Positions 58,330-64,000 of a DNA stretch of 64,000 nucleotides are shown one piece after another. Numbering within the stretch: the first letter of the stretch is position 1; each line of letters starts with the position of its first letter. The notes under the pieces are model-generated. The model made no database searches and had not been told where the DNA came from. It saw nothing but the letters and a program-made list of their open reading frames with translations. Where the stretch lies: positions 736,001 to 800,000 of the forward strand of contig CAVZRV010000007.1 of the NCBI GenBank assembly GCA_963777605.1, given 5' to 3'. The DNA comes from an uncultured Acidobacteriota bacterium. Lineage in GTDB: Bacteria; Acidobacteriota; UBA6911; RPQK01; JAPXNP01. The position numbers and the translations under genes were made by a program.

Positions 58330-58558
58330 CTCTGAGGATTCCCGGGCCGATCCGCAAGAACTACGGACACCGACACGTTTTCCGCATTCTCGGAGACGGC
58401 ACGGCGCAATCTCCACGACAATACTGATTCAATAATCTGAATCAGGGTTCACAATATTGAATCAGCCGGCTTCCCGGGCTTCATTCAAAACGAACAAAAC
58501 GGGTCATTTCCGGCCAGATGAAGATGAGTACGGCAAGATGAGACTTCGGTGCGAAGCG

Positions 58559-60331
58559 CTAGAATTTGAAGGAAACCCCACCCCGAATCGACCTCACGTT
58601 GTGCAGCAAAGTCACCGAACCGGACGGGGTGTCGAGGGTACCCAGATCGTCATTCATGAGATTGCGGATGTCTAACAGGGCTTCCACGCGCTGGGGGGAG
58701 AGGAAATCGAGTCCGAAGAACTTGAGGACTTCTTCAGGAAGGGGTACGACCTGGCGAACAAAGAGATTCACCCCTTCATTCCCCGTGTCATAAACGTCCG
58801 AATACGAGTCAATTGTAACCAGGGGATCCGCATTCGGCACAAACTTCAGCACGGCCGCAAGATGGGTCCCGGTGACCGGGATATAAGCTTCCCACTTCGT
58901 CATGACACCATGAAAGGTACCCGCCCGAACGAACTGAGGAAACGATTCCAACGCGCCGACCTGCCCGAAGACTCCCGGAGCGCGTCCCTGCACGTACGAG
59001 ACTTCCGCCTGAAGGAGGTCTCCGAATGCTCTCCGCAGCGAGATCCTGCAACCACGGGTGTCCGCCTGGCCCGCTCCCAGCGGGAGCGCTTCGGTCTCGT
59101 GGGTCGGTTCCAGAATAGCCACCACCGGGATCGCCGGACTGAATGCCTGGTTACGGAAAACCGCAAACTCCAACTCGGTGCCCAGGGTAACTTCCTGCGT
59201 CACGCTGCCGACATAATGACGGCCGACTCCGAACACCGTGTCCCCACCGTACCGGGCAATGTTCAAAGGAGTCGACACGCTGACCCGCTCGCCCTCCGGA
59301 AGGAGAACCGTGTTCGCGACCGTCGATCGCTTGGAGGTCATCTCCAGGCGTACCCTGGTCTTCTCCATCGGTGAGTATTGGATTGCCGCGGAGGGGCTCA
59401 CAAAGGAATCCCGCGCTTCCCCTCGAACCTGATCTACGTCAACACCCCACGTGAACGTCAGAGCAGGACCCAGCACCACGTTGTCTTCAAACCCGACATT
59501 AAGCAACCTTGAGGTACCCGAGAGCGCAGCAAACTGTCCGTGCTCAGGAGCAACGTTCGGGTCGTTCATCAGTGCAATGCTCGGCTGCTCGAAACTCACC
59601 CGGCCATAACCCAGAAAGAGATTCAAACGGTGGTTGTCGGCCAATTGATAGCCGATGATGTTTTTGATCCGCCAGAGAGAGTCTTCACCCGAGTTGAGTT
59701 GCCCGGCGACGATCTGCCGAGTCTGCCCCAGCGAGGGCAACACCGCCGCAAAGCTCGTGGTGGTGCCACCGGCGACATCCCCCGGCACAACAACGTAATC
59801 GCTGCCGGGACCGCCACTGCCGTAGACCTGTACAACGGCTTCCTCTACCGGGTTGGCGCCGCGTCGGTCGTCCGGAAGTTGACCAGGATTCTCTCGGAAA
59901 ATCAGTCTTCGGGACTGAGAGGTGCGGAAAAGCGCCTTCAAGCCGACGTTCTCATTGTCGGTACCGAGGCTGAACATCTGCTGCAGGATCAGGGTAACAA
60001 CAGAGGTCTCGTCGGGAGCAATCTCAACCAGGCGGCTCACCGGAGTTCGGTAGTCGACACTCTTGACCGCCAATCGGTAGGTTCCGGCGACAAGCCCATC
60101 GATCAGGATCCGTCCCGAATCGTCGGTTCGGGCCAGGATGGGCAAGACAGCATCATCGCTGCGCCCCAAAAGGGACACAAACACATCAGAGAGCGGTCGC
60201 CCGCCTTCATCAACGACTAATCCACTGAGTCGCCCAAACGGCGTTCCGGCGGCAACGGTCTGAACCGACGCCAGCACGGCAACTGCCAGGATAAGGCCCC
60301 AGTATCTCCAGCTTCGCAGGGATTTTGCCAT
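58559..60331 (-). CDS. Outer-membrane protein with N-terminal carboxypeptidase-regulatory-like domain and C-terminal beta-barrel
   Basis: Signal peptide, GRLSGLVVDEGGRPL...GTYRLAV, beta-strand-rich C-terminal part ending RSIRGGVSFKF. Confidence 0.7.
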   Translation of the reverse strand: MAKSLRSWRYWGLILAVAVLASVQTVAAGTPFGRLSGLVVDEGGRPLSDVFVSLLGRSDDAVLPILARTDDSGRILIDGLVAGTYRLAVKSVDYRTPVSRLVEIAPDETSVVTLILQQMFSLGTDNENVGLKALFRTSQSRRLIFRENPGQLPDDRRGANPVEEAVVQVYGSGGPGSDYVVVPGDVAGGTTTSFAAVLPSLGQTRQIVAGQLNSGEDSLWRIKNIIGYQLADNHRLNLFLGYGRVSFEQPSIALMNDPNVAPEHGQFAALSGTSRLLNVGFEDNVVLGPALTFTWGVDVDQVRGEARDSFVSPSAAIQYSPMEKTRVRLEMTSKRSTVANTVLLPEGERVSVSTPLNIARYGGDTVFGVGRHYVGSVTQEVTLGTELEFAVFRNQAFSPAIPVVAILEPTHETEALPLGAGQADTRGCRISLRRAFGDLLQAEVSYVQGRAPGVFGQVGALESFPQFVRAGTFHGVMTKWEAYIPVTGTHLAAVLKFVPNADPLVTIDSYSDVYDTGNEGVNLFVRQVVPLPEEVLKFFGLDFLSPQRVEALLDIRNLMNDDLGTLDTPSGSVTLLHNVRSIRGGVSFKF

Positions 60332-60536
60332 CTTGCTACTCGGATCGGTGATCAAGGCTAGATTTTAAGACCTGATTCGCCCTTTCGTCAATCACCACAA
60401 TTTTACTCGAGTCCAGCGACAGGTTTGGAACACCCACCCACGATACCTTTATCGACGGGTTTGACGGGCCAATGGTTCACTCCAATTGGCGGCTTCGTCA
60501 AATCCGTTTTCAAGAAGCAGGTTTATACTGGCTCGG

Positions 60537-62060
60537 ATGAGTATTCGAGTCAGGTTCGCACCCAGTCCTACCGGTTTCCTCCACGTCGGCAACGTCCGCA
60601 CCGCCCTTTTCAACTGGTTGCTGGCAAGGAAACTGGGAGGGCAATTCATACTCAGGATTGAAGATACCGACGCGGAACGGTCGGAAGCCCGCTTCGAAGA
60701 CCAGCTTCTGGAAGACCTGCGGTGGCTCGGCCTGGAATGGGACGAGGGATTCCGCATCGGGGGTGACTACGGGCCCTACCGTCAAACGGAACGGACCCAC
60801 CTGTATCAACAGAAAGTCGATGAGTTGCTCAATGGCGGGAGGGCATACCACTGTTTCTGTACCCAGGAACAGCTGGAACAGGATCGTATGGAGCAGCATG
60901 AAAAGCAGGCCCCTGTTCGTTACGTTGGCCGCTGTGCATCCCTCTCCCGAGAAGAGGCCGAATCGAGGCTCCGGCGGGGTGAACCGGCTACCGTCCGACT
61001 CAAGGTCCGGCCGGGCAGTGTCACCTTCAAAGACGAGGTGTTCGGCCGCATTGAGGTGGACACTTCGACGATCGGCGACTTCATCCTCCTCCGTTCCGAC
61101 GGATCGGCACAGTACAACCTCGCCTGTGTGATCGACGACGCGTCCATGGAAATATCCCACGTCATCCGCGGAGAAGGACATCTCTCCAACACGCCGCGCC
61201 AGGTGTTGCTATATGAGAGTCTCGGCTGGCCTGCTCCAAATTTCGCGCACCTTTCGACCATCCTGGGGCCGGACGGCAGCAAGCTCAGCAAACGGCACGG
61301 AGCCACTTCGATCCCCGAGTTCCGGCGGGAAGGATACCTTCCGGAGGCCCTCCTCAACTACCTCAGTCTCCTGGGCTGGTCTCCTCCCGAGGGAATGTCC
61401 GAAATCCTCACTGCCTCGGAAGTTGTTCAGGCCTTCGACCTCTCGAGAGTGCAACTGAGCCCTGCGGTCTTCGATCAGGACAAGTTGAAATGGGTCAACC
61501 GTTCACACCTGAAAACGCTCGACCCTTCCAGGCTCGTCGAACTCTCCCGGCCCTACGTCGCCGGCGCGGGCTACCTCCCGCCGCTCGAGTCACCGGCCAA
61601 CCAGGCCTGGCTGGAGTCGCTGACCTCCCTGCTGCTCAACTACATTGACACGCTGGGCGATATATCCACGGAAGCCTCTGCCATGCTTTCGTTCGACCCG
61701 TCGTCCTCATTCGGAGATCCCGAAGTTGCCTCCATCATCGACGATCCCGCTTCGCTTCACGTCATCTCGGCACTCGACCAACTGTTGAATCAGGTTGGGA
61801 CCGAGCCTCTGACATGGGAGAGTTATCGGGACGTCGCGCTCAAGGTCAAGGAACAGACACACGTCAAAGGCAAGGCACTGTTTCATCCTCTTCGCGTCTC
61901 CATCACGGGGAAGGCCTCAGGGCCTGAACTGGATCGGCTGGTTCCCTTGATCGAGGCGGGCTCTCAATTGGGTACTCCCCAACCGATCCCCGGAATTCGG
62001 GAACGGGTCTCCGAGTTTCACCGGCTCTTGGAGGAGCGTCATGGTCATCTACGGGATTAA
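60537..62060 (+). CDS. gltX: Glutamate--tRNA ligase
   Basis: RFAPSPTGFLHVG, LRIEDTD, HVIRGEGH, KLSKRHG. Confidence 0.96.
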   Translation: MSIRVRFAPSPTGFLHVGNVRTALFNWLLARKLGGQFILRIEDTDAERSEARFEDQLLEDLRWLGLEWDEGFRIGGDYGPYRQTERTHLYQQKVDELLNGGRAYHCFCTQEQLEQDRMEQHEKQAPVRYVGRCASLSREEAESRLRRGEPATVRLKVRPGSVTFKDEVFGRIEVDTSTIGDFILLRSDGSAQYNLACVIDDASMEISHVIRGEGHLSNTPRQVLLYESLGWPAPNFAHLSTILGPDGSKLSKRHGATSIPEFRREGYLPEALLNYLSLLGWSPPEGMSEILTASEVVQAFDLSRVQLSPAVFDQDKLKWVNRSHLKTLDPSRLVELSRPYVAGAGYLPPLESPANQAWLESLTSLLLNYIDTLGDISTEASAMLSFDPSSSFGDPEVASIIDDPASLHVISALDQLLNQVGTEPLTWESYRDVALKVKEQTHVKGKALFHPLRVSITGKASGPELDRLVPLIEAGSQLGTPQPIPGIRERVSEFHRLLEERHGHLRD

Positions 62061-62784
62061 TCCGGTTCTCGAAGCCCTGCAGTCGTCAACGTCCCGGGTC
62101 GAGCGAATCGTCGTTGCACGAGGAAAACACAGCGGCCGCATCCAGGACGTGATAGATCAGGCCCGCAGCGTCGGCATTGCGGTCCATTTCGAGCCGATCG
62201 AGAGCCTTCACCGCCGGGCCGGCGGCAAAGGCCATCAGATGGTCCTTGCGGAGATCGCGGAGATCACGTTTCGCTCCCTTGATTCGATTCTCGCCGAAAA
62301 GCCCGACCGGTTGCTGGTCCTTGACGGGGTGGAAGACCCCCGCAACCTGGGGGCCGTTTTGCGCACCGCCGAAGCGGCCGGGATTCACTCCATTCTGCTC
62401 CCCCAGCGACATACGTCAGGGGTCACTCCGACCGTTGTCAAGACGAGCGCCGGGGCCGCCCTGCACGTGAAGATCGCCAAGATCGGAAATGTCGCCGAGA
62501 CCCTCAAGAGGCTCAAGGAAGAGGGTTTCTGGACGGTCGGCCTGGATATGCAGGGGACGGAAGGCCTCGGGCATGTCGATCCAACGTCCAAACTGGTGCT
62601 GGTGGTCGGGGGTGAGGATCGGGGACTCCGGCGGCTGGTTCGGGAAAACTGCGACTTCCTCGTTCGGCTGCCGATGAAAGGACAGGTTTCTTCCCTGAAT
62701 CTCTCGGTTGCAGCCGGGATCCTCTTCTACCTGTTGATTGAGCGGGAAAGCGAAGTCACTTCCGCGGTTCAATCACCAGATTAA
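62041..62784 (+). CDS. rlmB: 23S rRNA Gm2251 methyltransferase
   Basis: IYGINPVLEAL, LDGVEDPRNLGA, GGEDRG, SLNLSVAAG. Confidence 0.93.
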   Translation: MVIYGINPVLEALQSSTSRVERIVVARGKHSGRIQDVIDQARSVGIAVHFEPIESLHRRAGGKGHQMVLAEIAEITFRSLDSILAEKPDRLLVLDGVEDPRNLGAVLRTAEAAGIHSILLPQRHTSGVTPTVVKTSAGAALHVKIAKIGNVAETLKRLKEEGFWTVGLDMQGTEGLGHVDPTSKLVLVVGGEDRGLRRLVRENCDFLVRLPMKGQVSSLNLSVAAGILFYLLIERESEVTSAVQSPD

Positions 62785-64000
62785 GCCACTTGTCGACATA
62801 AACCGAGAAGTCCTCGGGAACCCAGGTGGTCGCGCTGTACTCTACGACGACCGCTGGTCCCTCAAAGCGGTTCCCTGCTGTCAGCTTGCTCCGGATATAG
62901 AACTTGACCGGCTTTTCGGTTCTCTGTCCCTCGATTACCTTTTCCTGGAGCAGCGCCTCCTTGACCGGTTCCGCATCGGCGAGTTCGAATTCGGGTATCG
63001 CGGGCATCGGATAGCGGGCCCTGGCCCTCACCCTGAGATTGACCACTTCCACGGTTAACCCGTCGTTGCTGTAGCCGTAGACTTGTGCGTGACGCGCGTG
63101 AAAGCGCGCCACCAGGTCGTCGGAAAAGGGTATGTTGAGCTCGTAGGATTGCCCAAGGTAACGGGTATCGACCGATCGTTCCAATTCGATCGCGGCCTGC
63201 TCAAACCCCTGCTCGGCCAGCCGTGCCGCTACTTCGCCTTCGAGAGCGACAAGCTTCTCTCCGAGGGTGGGGATCAAGGCCTCGTCTTCCGAGTTCAAAA
63301 CCAGGGTCCGTGAAATATCGTGCACAACATCGGCCCGAAGGATACCCATCGCGGAAAGTGCGCCGGGATGGACCGGCACGAGCACCCGAGGAATCAGCAA
63401 GGCCCGCGCCAGCTCGCAGGCGTGAAGGGCACCGGCACCGCCGAAGGTCACCAGGGTAAAGTCCCGCGTATCGTAACCGCGCTGCAGGGAGATCACCCGG
63501 AGGGCACGTTCCATCTGTGTGTTGACAATCCGGATGATGCCTTCCGCGATCTCAGAAGTTGCCCGGTTACGCCCTTCCACCTGGGTGAGAGAAGCGGACA
63601 GCTGATCGAGTGCTTCAACAATCTTCTCGGGGAACAGCTTCATTTCGCCGCCCAGGAAAAAGTCTGGATCGATCCGCCCCAAAAAGACATTGGCGTCGGT
63701 GACGGTCGGATCCGTGCCCCGCCCGTAGCAAAGCGGCCCCGGGTCGGCCCCGGCACTGCGCGGCCCCACCTTGAGGAGACCTCCCTCGTCAACCCAGGCG
63801 ATCGAACCCCCGCCCGCACCCACGGAATGGATCCCAATCGACTGTATGGAAACGGGGTGATGCCCGATGACGTTCTCGTTCGTCGTCTCAATGCGGCCGT
63901 CGCACAGGCAAACATCGGTGGAGGTTCCCCCCATGTCCAGCGTGATGATCTTCTCGTAGCCGGCCGCTCGGGCAACTTCAAAAGCCCCCACGACTCCACC
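62756..64000 (-). CDS. Hydantoinase/oxoprolinase A subunit (partial, 5' end outside the window)
   Basis: DMGGTSTDV, GAGGGSIA, VGPRSAGADPGP, TVTDAN, FGGAGALH, RYLGQSYEL. Confidence 0.92.
   Translation of the reverse strand, partial: GGVVGAFEVARAAGYEKIITLDMGGTSTDVCLCDGRIETTNENVIGHHPVSIQSIGIHSVGAGGGSIAWVDEGGLLKVGPRSAGADPGPLCYGRGTDPTVTDANVFLGRIDPDFFLGGEMKLFPEKIVEALDQLSASLTQVEGRNRATSEIAEGIIRIVNTQMERALRVISLQRGYDTRDFTLVTFGGAGALHACELARALLIPRVLVPVHPGALSAMGILRADVVHDISRTLVLNSEDEALIPTLGEKLVALEGEVAARLAEQGFEQAAIELERSVDTRYLGQSYELNIPFSDDLVARFHARHAQVYGYSNDGLTVEVVNLRVRARARYPMPAIPEFELADAEPVKEALLQEKVIEGQRTEKPVKFYIRSKLTAGNRFEGPAVVVEYSATTWVPEDFSVYVDKWLNLVIEPRK

Overview
A gene-dense, GC-rich bacterial chromosomal segment made up mostly of housekeeping genes. 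The gene set and protein styles suggest Acidobacteriota (inference only). It holds about 52 CDS, including addAB-like helicase/nuclease genes, pduO, dusB, aroC, msrP, a tricorn protease, mgtE, hrcA-grpE-dnaJ-prmA-rsmE, class II RNR nrdJ, yggS/yggU, tmk-holB-ricT, an hfq-like gene, pepA, smpB, three glycosyltransferases, eno, pta, exbB-exbD-exbD-TPR, a sigma54 two-component system, gltX, rlmB and a hydantoinase. I saw no rRNA, tRNA, CRISPR array, transposase or prophage. Highlights: (1) a selenoprotein the ORF track splits in two, a TlpA-like redoxin with an in-frame TGA giving a U-G-T-C active site and a bacterial SECIS-like hairpin, sitting directly behind msrP where msrQ would normally be; (2) a tetraether synthase (Tes/GDGT-MAS)-like radical SAM enzyme that lacks the N-terminal auxiliary-cluster cysteines; (3) a DUF1080 protein with a two-helix membrane hairpin inserted inside the domain; (4) tandem NrdR boxes, a sigma54 promoter with upstream repeats, and several probable leaderless genes; (5) single-base frameshifts in four genes that look like sequencing errors.
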